A DNA stretch of 64,000 nucleotides from an uncultured Planctomycetia bacterium (GTDB taxonomy: Bacteria > Omnitrophota > Gorgyraeia > Duberdicusellales > 4484-171), in contig CAYVYJ010000008.1 in assembly GCA_964455085.1 (NCBI GenBank), forward strand, positions 1,514 through 65,513. Reading direction: 5' to 3'. Made by a program: the position numbers and the translations under genes. How positions within the stretch are numbered: the first letter of the stretch is position 1; the number at the start of each line of letters is the position of its first letter. The notes beneath the pieces were generated by a model. The model made no database searches, was not told the DNA's origin, and saw only the letters and a list, made by a program, of their open reading frames with translations. This document shows positions 1 to 8,170 of this stretch, piece by piece.

Positions 1-333
1 CCGGCAACAACTAAGTAAATCCGATAGAACTGCATCTCTTCCCGTTTTTACAGGAACTTGCAACTCCACCATACTTAGTTGTTAGCAAGGCTAGACCTTG
101 CCTTATGGTAGAACTAAAACCCAATTATTTAATACCCAATAAATAATACAATACTTTACGAAATCGGTCAATTCAAATTAATGTAGACTCAAAAGTGGGA
201 TAGAGTTTGTGACCATCCAGTGACCAAAATTGAGCCAAGTAGCCAAAACAGGCAAGATTAATGCGAATGGACAAGATTGGAAAAGTGCTTGGTTTTAGGA
301 GTTAATCAAGAAAAGCATTGATGCTGTTGAAGA

Positions 334-365
334 AACAAAAAAGGACTGAATTGCATTTTCAGTCC
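334..365 (-). terminator. Intrinsic-terminator-like hairpin with U-run
   Basis: Minus strand reads GGACUGAA-AAUGCAA-UUCAGUCC (8-bp perfect stem, 7-nt loop) immediately followed by UUUUUUGUUUCUU. It lies downstream of the minus-strand gene ending at 611. Confidence 0.5.
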
Positions 366-393
366 CTCGCTCTACCACCTGAGCTACCTCGGC
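355..393 (-). tRNA. Truncated tRNA-Phe(GAA)-like 5' half; no intact 3' half found in window
   Basis: Minus strand GCCGAGG-UA-GCUC-AGGUGGUA-GAGC-G-AGGGA-CUGAAAA-U matches canonical tRNA-Phe positions 1 to 39 (acceptor 5' arm, D-arm, anticodon 5' stem, loop with GAA anticodon). The expected 3' stem UCCCU, T-arm GGUUCGAAUCC and 3' acceptor strand are absent. The sequence runs directly into the terminator-like hairpin. Confidence 0.4.
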
Positions 394-610
394 AATATTC
401 AAAACTCTTTATTTTCAAAGAAAGGTTTAAGACTATTGAAACGGAAGTTAATTATACCAGATTTATCTAAGGCTGCAATAAAGATTTTCTTATGTCGCTA
501 AAGGGTTTTTTGGCCTTATTATAAAAGATATAAAAGCTGCCAAAGCCTGTTTTGCTATGTCATCTATCAATACTTTCCCTTCTCTGCCGCTCCTGGTATC
601 TGGTATCACA

Positions 611-2221
611 CTAATAAATCTTATACAGTTTGTAGATCACTCCACCTAAATTATTGTAGAAGAACTTCTCAGCCTTTATTTTTTTCCCGATTCTTGACAC
701 TGCGACCCCAAGTATGTATTCATCTACTAAATCAAGACTCCCTCTTAAAAAATAGACGCTATCTTGTTTCTCTGAAAATTCGCTTATATAGTGCTTAATC
801 TTATACTCCGCAGGCTGACCCAGTGAAGAAAGTTTTACCCATTCAGGGTCTTGATTGCACCACCGTACAGTAATATTTTCCTTTGATAAAAACTGAACCA
901 GTTTACCTACCGCCCAATCATTAGAATATATTTTTTTTATCCCTTTACTTGATAAATATTCCATAACTTCATCAGTAACCTGAGACCACATATAGGTGTG
1001 GGTCCCAACCTTCTTCATATTCTGATAATAAGCCAAGCTAAAAATGATACCGCCTGTAATAACTATACAGAGAATAAACTTAACAATCGCACGAGCCAGT
1101 TGATAATCTGCTGCTTTCTTCAACAGAAAAGAGAAAAAACAGGCCATAACAATCTGAGGGAAAGGATAGATCATAAATAAATGTGTCGGATCGAGGTTGC
1201 TCGGTGTTAACGGTAACCCTAAAAATGTTATTCCCCAGATAAAACAATAAAGCTTCAATCCCTGTTTAACCTTAATAGAAATCACTCCGGGAACCACCAA
1301 AACATAGATAGCAAAAAAACAAGCTGCTACAAAGAGTACCGGCACCATGTGATTTGCTAGATTTAAAACGACTGGAATATCAAATGTTCCTAATTTATCA
1401 GTTAGACCAATATCACCCTTTAAGAAGTCATACAATTGCAAGACTCTAACCTTAAGATTTAGCAAGTAGTTGGCATTATCGACTCCTACGTAAGTACTAC
1501 TACCGGTGAGAAGGCGATAAAACAGCTTAACCGTCGCCCCTTTGGTTCTTATATTGTAGACAATTGTCATGCTATATCCTAATAAAAATGAAGCTACCAA
1601 AGCGACACTTTTAGACCAGCGAATCGGTAAAAGCGTTCGATAACCTTTAGAGACCAGAAAATACCCAATCATTCCAGTTAAATACCAAAAGAAATTAATT
1701 TTCGCGTGGCTTCCCACCCCAAAAAGAAATAAAGCCAGACAGGCATAGATGAGATTTTTGGTACTGATAAATCTGTTAAGCAAGTAGAGCCCTCCCCACA
1801 AACATAATAACAGCAAAATATATTCACTAAAAAAATTCAGCTTGCTTCCTTGCAGAAAAGGCGCTGATGTGCATAATAAAACAATTAACCATCCAGCGAT
1901 TTGTTTCCCCATCTGATCTCTCACTGTCAGATACAAAATAAAAAGCAACAACAAAGCATTGACCAACGCTGCCAGCCTTAATGCAAAAAGATTTAAACCA
2001 AACAAAGCAATGTATGGAGCTATAAAATAATGTTTTAACGCACCGGTATAGGCATGATACACTAGGGGGAGTTTGCGACCAGAAACGATATCACCAGCAA
2101 CAATACCGTCAGCAGCTTCTTCTGGATGTATAGGAGTAGCTACTAATGTAGTGGTGGAGAAAAAAATGTAAAGCGTTAGACAAAATATAACTAGATATTT
2201 TAAACTCAAGAATTTCTTCAT
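611..2221 (-). CDS. GT-C fold membrane glycosyltransferase (ArnT/PMT_2-like, polyprenyl-phosphate-sugar dependent) with C-terminal soluble domain
   Basis: 536 aa with about 11 predicted TM helices. N-terminal loop has PEEAADG...G motif resembling the DE/ExxA motif of GT39/GT83 enzymes. About 150 aa hydrophilic C-terminal domain. Start is 1 nt after the stop of the upstream radical SAM gene. Confidence 0.6.
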   Translation of the reverse strand: MKKFLSLKYLVIFCLTLYIFFSTTTLVATPIHPEEAADGIVAGDIVSGRKLPLVYHAYTGALKHYFIAPYIALFGLNLFALRLAALVNALLLLFILYLTVRDQMGKQIAGWLIVLLCTSAPFLQGSKLNFFSEYILLLLCLWGGLYLLNRFISTKNLIYACLALFLFGVGSHAKINFFWYLTGMIGYFLVSKGYRTLLPIRWSKSVALVASFLLGYSMTIVYNIRTKGATVKLFYRLLTGSSTYVGVDNANYLLNLKVRVLQLYDFLKGDIGLTDKLGTFDIPVVLNLANHMVPVLFVAACFFAIYVLVVPGVISIKVKQGLKLYCFIWGITFLGLPLTPSNLDPTHLFMIYPFPQIVMACFFSFLLKKAADYQLARAIVKFILCIVITGGIIFSLAYYQNMKKVGTHTYMWSQVTDEVMEYLSSKGIKKIYSNDWAVGKLVQFLSKENITVRWCNQDPEWVKLSSLGQPAEYKIKHYISEFSEKQDSVYFLRGSLDLVDEYILGVAVSRIGKKIKAEKFFYNNLGGVIYKLYKIY

Positions 2222-2222
2222 T

Positions 2223-3356
2223 TTAATTATTAATATTCCTTGTTATCTGTTGCAGCAATAATTTCCAGTTCCTAATACCGTATATCATGCTGGTAATAGC
2301 ACCACAACTCCATACACAAGGTAAACACTTCATTTCTCCTGCAAATTCCTGCACTTTTTTGAATTCAGGTTCTTTCTGCAACAACTTATAGTCATAATTA
2401 TAGTTTCGGATATTAAATTTTTTTACTTCGTTATATTTTTTCTCAAAGATGAACGGCTCACACATCGAAACTAACCCCTCAGGCATGATAACAGATAACT
2501 TTTTACCCGCCATACATCTGTAAATCATCTTTCCTGAGGAAAGCTGTTCTCCTATTATCTTATTGATCAAGAAAACATAATACTGATCAATTACTCCTTT
2601 TAAGCCTCGCCCGCGGCATAAGGATTTCTTGCGCACACTAAGGCAGAGTTTAAAAAACGATTTAATATATTTATCATCTTTCCTATGCTCACCACTATTT
2701 AATCTTTGATCAATCTGAAAATTATGGTAGTAATTCGCTTCACCCAGCGTTTCAATCAAATACTTACTTAACACAATAATTGTATCATAGTTATCTGCCA
2801 ACAATACTGTATTAATCACCAAATTAATATTTTTACACTGCTTCTTTAGGGTAATAATCCGACGACAAAGGTTAACTGCCTTCTCAAAACATCCTTGATA
2901 CCCTCTCATTCGATCATGAACCGCACCATAAGCATCCAGAGAAACTATCAGATTAACTGTCGCCAGAGGACATTCCTTGACAATCCATCCTATTTGATTT
3001 TCGATCCGTTCATCCATAATCCCGTTGGTAGGGATTGAAATTAATCGTGCTTTCGCATAGGTATAAAATGCTTTGGTTATTTTACCAATGTCCTCTCTTA
3101 GAAACGGCTCCCCTCCGCCAAGGACAACCTGAAAAACAGGTTTTATCTTTTTTGCTATGATTTCATATTCCGGAAATTTTAATAACTCCCTATGCTTATA
3201 TTCGTTTTTATTACGGGATAACCTAGTATTAAAGCAGAAAGGACACTCGGCGTTGCATTGATCGGTAACAAATAAAATGACCTGGGCTAAATTCCCAGGC
3301 CAAAAGGCAGTAAAAAAACTTCTAGCAAAGGCTATCGTCCTCAATAATCTTTTCAT
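2223..3356 (-). CDS. Radical SAM enzyme with C-terminal SPASM/twitch-like cysteine cluster
   Basis: 377 aa. CNAECPFC (CxxxCxxC) radical SAM motif near the N-terminus and GGGEPF glycine-rich SAM motif. C-terminal cysteines C...C...CLPCVWSC are consistent with an auxiliary Fe-S (SPASM-type) domain. ATGA start/stop overlap with the upstream GT2 gene. Confidence 0.7.
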   Translation of the reverse strand: MKRLLRTIAFARSFFTAFWPGNLAQVILFVTDQCNAECPFCFNTRLSRNKNEYKHRELLKFPEYEIIAKKIKPVFQVVLGGGEPFLREDIGKITKAFYTYAKARLISIPTNGIMDERIENQIGWIVKECPLATVNLIVSLDAYGAVHDRMRGYQGCFEKAVNLCRRIITLKKQCKNINLVINTVLLADNYDTIIVLSKYLIETLGEANYYHNFQIDQRLNSGEHRKDDKYIKSFFKLCLSVRKKSLCRGRGLKGVIDQYYVFLINKIIGEQLSSGKMIYRCMAGKKLSVIMPEGLVSMCEPFIFEKKYNEVKKFNIRNYNYDYKLLQKEPEFKKVQEFAGEMKCLPCVWSCGAITSMIYGIRNWKLLLQQITRNINN

Positions 3357-4405
3357 TCCCGCCCTAACCGAAAGTATGCTTCCCTAGACGACACCCCTTG
3401 TAATAAATTACCCCCTGCCAAATAATGGATAATACCCCAGAAATATCCCAGCAGGATAACCGGTGTTACGGAAAAATATACCAAATACCAGCCTAGAAAA
3501 TACTTTTTAGGCATAAAGGACCAGATCAATTTATTCATGGCGCCAAATGATATTATAAATAAACTTAAACCGATAGAAAACCCCCAGACCCATACTCGCC
3601 AGTCAAGGAACAAAATAACTAAAGGACTTATTAATAGTAAAAATGCCGATATCCTCCGCCACTTCTCTGCAGGCGAAATCGATAAATCAGGAGTTGTGTC
3701 CATTTTTTTATCGACAATGGCTTGCACAAACGCGGTTAAAAAGTAACTTTTAAACAGTTTAAAGATGTTTGTCGGATAACAATGGCTATGATGTAATTCT
3801 CTGCTAAAATAAGAAATATACCCTAGATGATAACAACGGGTACCAAATTCTCCGTCTTCATTCATTGCTGTGTAGAGAGATTCATGAAAACCACCTGATT
3901 CTCTGAATCTATGTACTCTAATCCCCCCCAGGCGCGTGGTAAAAAACATGATCCGGCCTTCCCTGCTAGGGCTACCTGCGAGTATCTTCCTCATATAGTA
4001 GCTATGGTAAATCGAAGTATTATAAGCAATAGGGTTCTTTATTACTGGCTTAACATCGCTTATCGTGGATACACAATCTACCTGCTTCTTTGTCCGAAAT
4101 ATTTCGGCCATTTTCAGCAAAACATCAGAGTCATCCGGTAAAACTACGTCCGAATCTATAAAAACCAATATATCGCCCTTGGCCTGCAAAGCTCCGATAT
4201 TGCGAGCCCGAGCAGGACCGGCATGCACTTTACTTTCTATTACCTTCACCTGCTGATATTGCCGGGCAATATCCAGGGTATTGTCAACAGATGTATCGTC
4301 AACAACAATAATCTCATAATCTTTGAGCCTGGTTTTTAAAATGCTGTTGAGTAAATTGCCAATTACTAAAGAACTATTGTAGGTGGGTATTATAATCGAT
4401 ATCAT
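3353..4405 (-). CDS. GT2 polyprenyl-phosphate glycosyltransferase (GtrB/ArnC/Dpm1-like) with C-terminal TM anchors
   Basis: 350 aa. IIIPTYN...VDDTSVDNT...DSD GT-A signature and DxD. Two to three C-terminal TM helices as in GtrB/ArnC. First gene of a three-gene coupled unit. Confidence 0.75.
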   Translation of the reverse strand: MISIIIPTYNSSLVIGNLLNSILKTRLKDYEIIVVDDTSVDNTLDIARQYQQVKVIESKVHAGPARARNIGALQAKGDILVFIDSDVVLPDDSDVLLKMAEIFRTKKQVDCVSTISDVKPVIKNPIAYNTSIYHSYYMRKILAGSPSREGRIMFFTTRLGGIRVHRFRESGGFHESLYTAMNEDGEFGTRCYHLGYISYFSRELHHSHCYPTNIFKLFKSYFLTAFVQAIVDKKMDTTPDLSISPAEKWRRISAFLLLISPLVILFLDWRVWVWGFSIGLSLFIISFGAMNKLIWSFMPKKYFLGWYLVYFSVTPVILLGYFWGIIHYLAGGNLLQGVSSREAYFRLGRE

Positions 4406-4551
4406 TAGTTTTCGTCTCTGGTTAGCTTAAGCACTTCTGGGGGATTTTACGATGAGACAAAGCAAACGTGTAATATTCTGTACCGTCTCTTCATTTTTTG
4501 ATTATACTGCTCTAAAATTATTCTGTCAACATTAGGCCAGCCGAAAGCTGC

Positions 4552-4579
4552 TTGACTTGTTTGTATCAAGCTCTATAAT
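4552..4579 (+). promoter_or_regulatory. Sigma70-like promoter (TTGACT, 16 nt spacer, TATAAT) for the + strand B12-radical SAM gene
   Basis: Exact consensus-like -35 TTGACT at 4552-4557 and -10 TATAAT at 4574-4579 in the 299-bp divergent intergenic region. It is about 125 nt upstream of the ATG at 4705. Confidence 0.45.
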
Positions 4580-4704
4580 TTTACTAGGGTTAAATAGCTA
4601 TGTCCTTCCTTACCGTATCAACAACTGATTGAACATAAATTATGGGAAAAATTGCTTGCTTAGGGTAGTGCAGCATAAAGAAGTAATCCTATCAGAACGT
4701 CTAA

Positions 4705-6162
4705 ATGCGTATTTTACTAATCAATCCATCTCCTGATCTACAATCACTATTAGGAGCCGGTAAGTATTTTGTACAGAAATATGAACCTCTTGGTCTGCTC
4801 TATATTGCCGCGATATTGCAAGCAAATAACCATGATGTGTCAGTTATCGACGCCTATGCCGAAGATCTTTCACTGGAACAACTAAAGCTAAAGATTAGCC
4901 GTAGAGACCATGATATTATCGGTATTTCAACACTTACCTGTACTGGTGAAATTGTTTTCCTGTTGGGAAAATGGATCAAAAAAAATCTCCCCAAGACTAC
5001 GGTCGTTTTGGGAAATATTCATGCTTCAGTATATTCGAAACAGTATTTACAATTTAAATGTTGTGACCTAGTGGTGCATGGAGAAGGAGAAGAAATATTT
5101 CTTAAAATAGTGGCCTGGAAACAAGGGAAGATTAAGCTCGAAAACATACCTAGTATATCTTTTGCAGATAAAAACAATCAAGAGATTAGAACCGGAGGGG
5201 AAGCAAATGTCCAAGATTTAAATCAACTGTCACCTCCGGCAAGGGATTTACTCGACCAAAATCTCTACAATCTAACTGAAATTAGCAACCAGCTATATAT
5301 TGGAAGAAAAGGAATGGTAGCCAAGACCATGGTCACATCCAGAGGCTGCCCTAACCGCTGTACGTTTTGTGTAGTTCACGGAGAACGCTCCCAACGGTTC
5401 ATCGATCCTGCCAAAGTTGTCGACGAAATGGAAATGTTGCAGAAAAAGTACAACGCATCCTACATTACCTTCATGGATCCTTGTTTCTTCGGTAACACTG
5501 CAAGAGTACTAGCTATCTGTTCTGAAATCATAAAAAGAGGTCTAAAGATACACTGGGGGGCAGACGCCCATATTAATTTTATGACTAAAGAGATAATAGA
5601 ATCTATCGCCGCGGCCGGATGCTACGAACTTCAATTCGGGATAGAATCAGGGGTTCAAAGACTTCTTAATGTAATTAAAAAAGGAACAAATATACAACAA
5701 ATTAGTAAAACAATAGATTTGATAAAAAAACACTCCAAAATAAAGCTGGGGGGATTGTTTATACTGGGCTTACCCGAAGAAACCTATCAAGATTCGCTGC
5801 AAACCATTCGATTTGCTAAAAGATTACCTCTGGATATTGCGCAATTTAGTATCCTAGTTCCTTATCCGGGGTCTTTTTTGTTTGAACAATTGAGAAAGGA
5901 AAAAGCTATTGACACCGGAATTGGTGAAGGCGGTAAGTTAGATACCTCTGTCTGGAGGCGCTATTTATCCTACATATCGTTTACTGAAAACGAGCCCATT
6001 TGGGTAACACCTAGGCTATCGGCAGATCAACTTAAATATCTTCAGAAACGGGCTCAACGCGAATTTTACCTGCGGCCGAAACAAATCTTCCGCCACATAA
6101 GAAGAATCCGCCCTTCAAATATCGTCAGAATAATCAAAATCATCTCCAAGGGATTCTTCTAA
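4705..6162 (+). CDS. Class B (B12-binding domain) radical SAM enzyme, probable C-methyltransferase/tailoring enzyme
   Basis: 485 aa. N-terminal Rossmann-like B12-binding region (MRILLINP...). SRGCPNRCTFC CxxxCxxC motif. Paralogous to the ORF at 52957..54366. Confidence 0.75.
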   Translation: MRILLINPSPDLQSLLGAGKYFVQKYEPLGLLYIAAILQANNHDVSVIDAYAEDLSLEQLKLKISRRDHDIIGISTLTCTGEIVFLLGKWIKKNLPKTTVVLGNIHASVYSKQYLQFKCCDLVVHGEGEEIFLKIVAWKQGKIKLENIPSISFADKNNQEIRTGGEANVQDLNQLSPPARDLLDQNLYNLTEISNQLYIGRKGMVAKTMVTSRGCPNRCTFCVVHGERSQRFIDPAKVVDEMEMLQKKYNASYITFMDPCFFGNTARVLAICSEIIKRGLKIHWGADAHINFMTKEIIESIAAAGCYELQFGIESGVQRLLNVIKKGTNIQQISKTIDLIKKHSKIKLGGLFILGLPEETYQDSLQTIRFAKRLPLDIAQFSILVPYPGSFLFEQLRKEKAIDTGIGEGGKLDTSVWRRYLSYISFTENEPIWVTPRLSADQLKYLQKRAQREFYLRPKQIFRHIRRIRPSNIVRIIKIISKGFF

Positions 6163-6308
6163 TTACGCAACTTCTCTCTGCAATAGGCTTACTTAGATAA
6201 ATACTGCTGGTAATCTTTGTTGCCTACAAATAAGTCAAACCAAATTAAAAAGTTCAAAATGCACCATAAGGGGCGCCCGTAATCTTTTTTTTTATTGCTA
6301 TGATCTTC

Positions 6309-8117
6309 CTAAAATCTTTGGACTGCGTCGGGATTGAGAATTCCGGTTCGTTCAATGTTCTTTTTTGAAAAATACTTCTGGGCTACAGACCTGAATTCAT
6401 TCATAAACCAAAGTGAATGCGGCATCTCAAGCCCCATATTGGTTCTTCGCAATATTTTTCTCGGTAGCGTATCTTTCATCGCCAACTTTTGAATATATCT
6501 CCTGTTAAAACCACAGTTTCTGACCTTCAGATGCGGCGGAATCTTGCTGGCAAACTCCGCGACTATCCTATCCATATAAGGAAACCGCGCCTCTATGGAG
6601 TGGGCCATAATAGAGCGATCGTTCTTCACCATAAGATCCCCCACAAAGTAATACTTTATATCGATTAATGATATTTTACTCAAATCATCGTCAAATAATA
6701 AACTATCAAAAAGATCGTTAAAAAACGAATTTGTTGACCGGAAGTTCGAATATTGCGGCAATAAATCCTTCTTCTCTTGGTCTGAGAAAACATGTCGCCA
6801 GAACAAATGAGCTTCAGGGATACTTTTTTCTGCGCCGGCTGTAAAACGTTTCAGTAAAAAATCAAAGCTTAATTTCTCATATGATGTTGGCACCATCTGC
6901 ACAAATTTTCTGATAATCTTTCTGATGAAAGCAGGAGAATACTTCCTGTATAACTTTCTCATCAAATATGCACCATGAGTTTCGTAGGCGTTAAATACCT
7001 CATCACCCCCCTCACCGGAGAGAAGGACAGAGACGTACTTCTTGGCTTCTTTAGCCATAAGAAATGAGGGAATAACCGCCCCGTTCCCACTGGGCTCATC
7101 CATATATGCCATCTGGACAATGAGATTATCAATAACGTCTTGGGGATCTACGACAATTTCATGGTGAATCGACCGGGCAAAACCAGCCATAAATCTTTGA
7201 TAGTAAGATTCATCAAAACTAGATTGATTCATCTTGATGGAAAAAGTATGAATCGTATTGCTTACTCCTAATTCTTTTGCTAGGGCTAATAAGGAACTGG
7301 TATCAACCCCACCGGATAAAGTAAGCCCTACAGGAACATCGGAAATAAGATTTCTGCGCACTGAATCTAACAATATATCATGCAATTGATGAGCAGTTTC
7401 ATTAACTGGTAATGAATAATCGGGTTGATAGTCCAGCCTATAGTACTCTCTTTCCTGAAACGAATTACCTAGGCAATCTATCTCTACAAGATGACTATCT
7501 GGTAACTCCTGTATTGATTTAAAAGGGGGCAGCTTCCCAGGAATATAGGCTAAAGAGAAAAAATGATATATCGCCGCAGGATCAATTTTATAACTGAATG
7601 AAGCAAGCTTAAGAAAAGACTTGATCTCCGAAGAGAAGTATAATCGATCCCTCTTAACCATGTAAAACAGCGGCCGGATACCAAAGAAATCCCGGACTAA
7701 ATATATCTTACCAATTTTTTTATCGTATAACGCAAAAGCAAACATCCCGGAAAGATGCTTGAGAAAATTAATCCCCAGCTCTTCATAAAGGTGTATAACA
7801 ACTTCGGTATCAGAAGTAGAGCGAAACCGGTATTTGTCATCTAATTTGAAATTCTTTTTTAGTTCTTTGAAATCAGTTACCTCTCCGTTGTAGGTTATCC
7901 AAACCGTTTTATCCTCATTAGACATCGGTAAATGAGCATTTTCGGATAAATCAATAATATTTAGGCGGGTATTGCCGAAAACGCAATGGGGGCTAACGAA
8001 GGTATCAATTGAGTCAGGCCCTCTATGTTTAAGGATAGCTGTCATCTGCTCAGCTTCCTTAATATCATTATCGTTGATTTTTGAACCCAAAGATACAATG
8101 CCGGCAATGCCACACAT
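6309..8117 (-). CDS. asnB: Asparagine synthase (glutamine-hydrolysing) family amidotransferase
   Basis: 602 aa. N-terminal MCGIAG Ntn-amidotransferase nucleophile Cys2. SGGVDTS/SGGxDS PP-loop ATP pyrophosphatase motif. Confidence 0.85.
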   Translation of the reverse strand: MCGIAGIVSLGSKINDNDIKEAEQMTAILKHRGPDSIDTFVSPHCVFGNTRLNIIDLSENAHLPMSNEDKTVWITYNGEVTDFKELKKNFKLDDKYRFRSTSDTEVVIHLYEELGINFLKHLSGMFAFALYDKKIGKIYLVRDFFGIRPLFYMVKRDRLYFSSEIKSFLKLASFSYKIDPAAIYHFFSLAYIPGKLPPFKSIQELPDSHLVEIDCLGNSFQEREYYRLDYQPDYSLPVNETAHQLHDILLDSVRRNLISDVPVGLTLSGGVDTSSLLALAKELGVSNTIHTFSIKMNQSSFDESYYQRFMAGFARSIHHEIVVDPQDVIDNLIVQMAYMDEPSGNGAVIPSFLMAKEAKKYVSVLLSGEGGDEVFNAYETHGAYLMRKLYRKYSPAFIRKIIRKFVQMVPTSYEKLSFDFLLKRFTAGAEKSIPEAHLFWRHVFSDQEKKDLLPQYSNFRSTNSFFNDLFDSLLFDDDLSKISLIDIKYYFVGDLMVKNDRSIMAHSIEARFPYMDRIVAEFASKIPPHLKVRNCGFNRRYIQKLAMKDTLPRKILRRTNMGLEMPHSLWFMNEFRSVAQKYFSKKNIERTGILNPDAVQRF

Positions 8118-8170
8118 ATTTAATTTATTCTTTTTCTAGGGCTGAAAAAACAGGTTTTTTAATATAATCA

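Noticed and set aside
1-610. tmRNA, RNase P RNA, SRP RNA or 6S RNA in the ORF-free first 610 bp.
   Set aside because: No universally conserved motifs were found by eye (no GGAAAGTCCGG P4 box, no tmRNA tag-reading frame or T-arm, no SRP AGGUCAGG...GGAAG). Only the tRNA-like 5' half is supported.
998-1180. Short + strand ORFs (60-130 aa) lying wholly inside long minus-strand genes. Examples are 998..1180, 3537..3746, 3911..4256, 8607..8792, 10802..10990, 14033..14582, 20422..20751, 22513..22743, 23064..23666, 35497..36388 and 38272..38658.
   Set aside because: They are antisense shadow ORFs inside well-supported genes with clear family motifs. Their low-complexity composition is typical of reverse-frame artefacts in AT-rich DNA.
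6163-6308. GGGCGCCC palindrome followed by a T9 run between the convergent B12-rSAM and asnB genes, as a bidirectional terminator.
   Set aside because: The stem is only 4 bp with no loop, too weak to call. It is noted only as a possible termination region.
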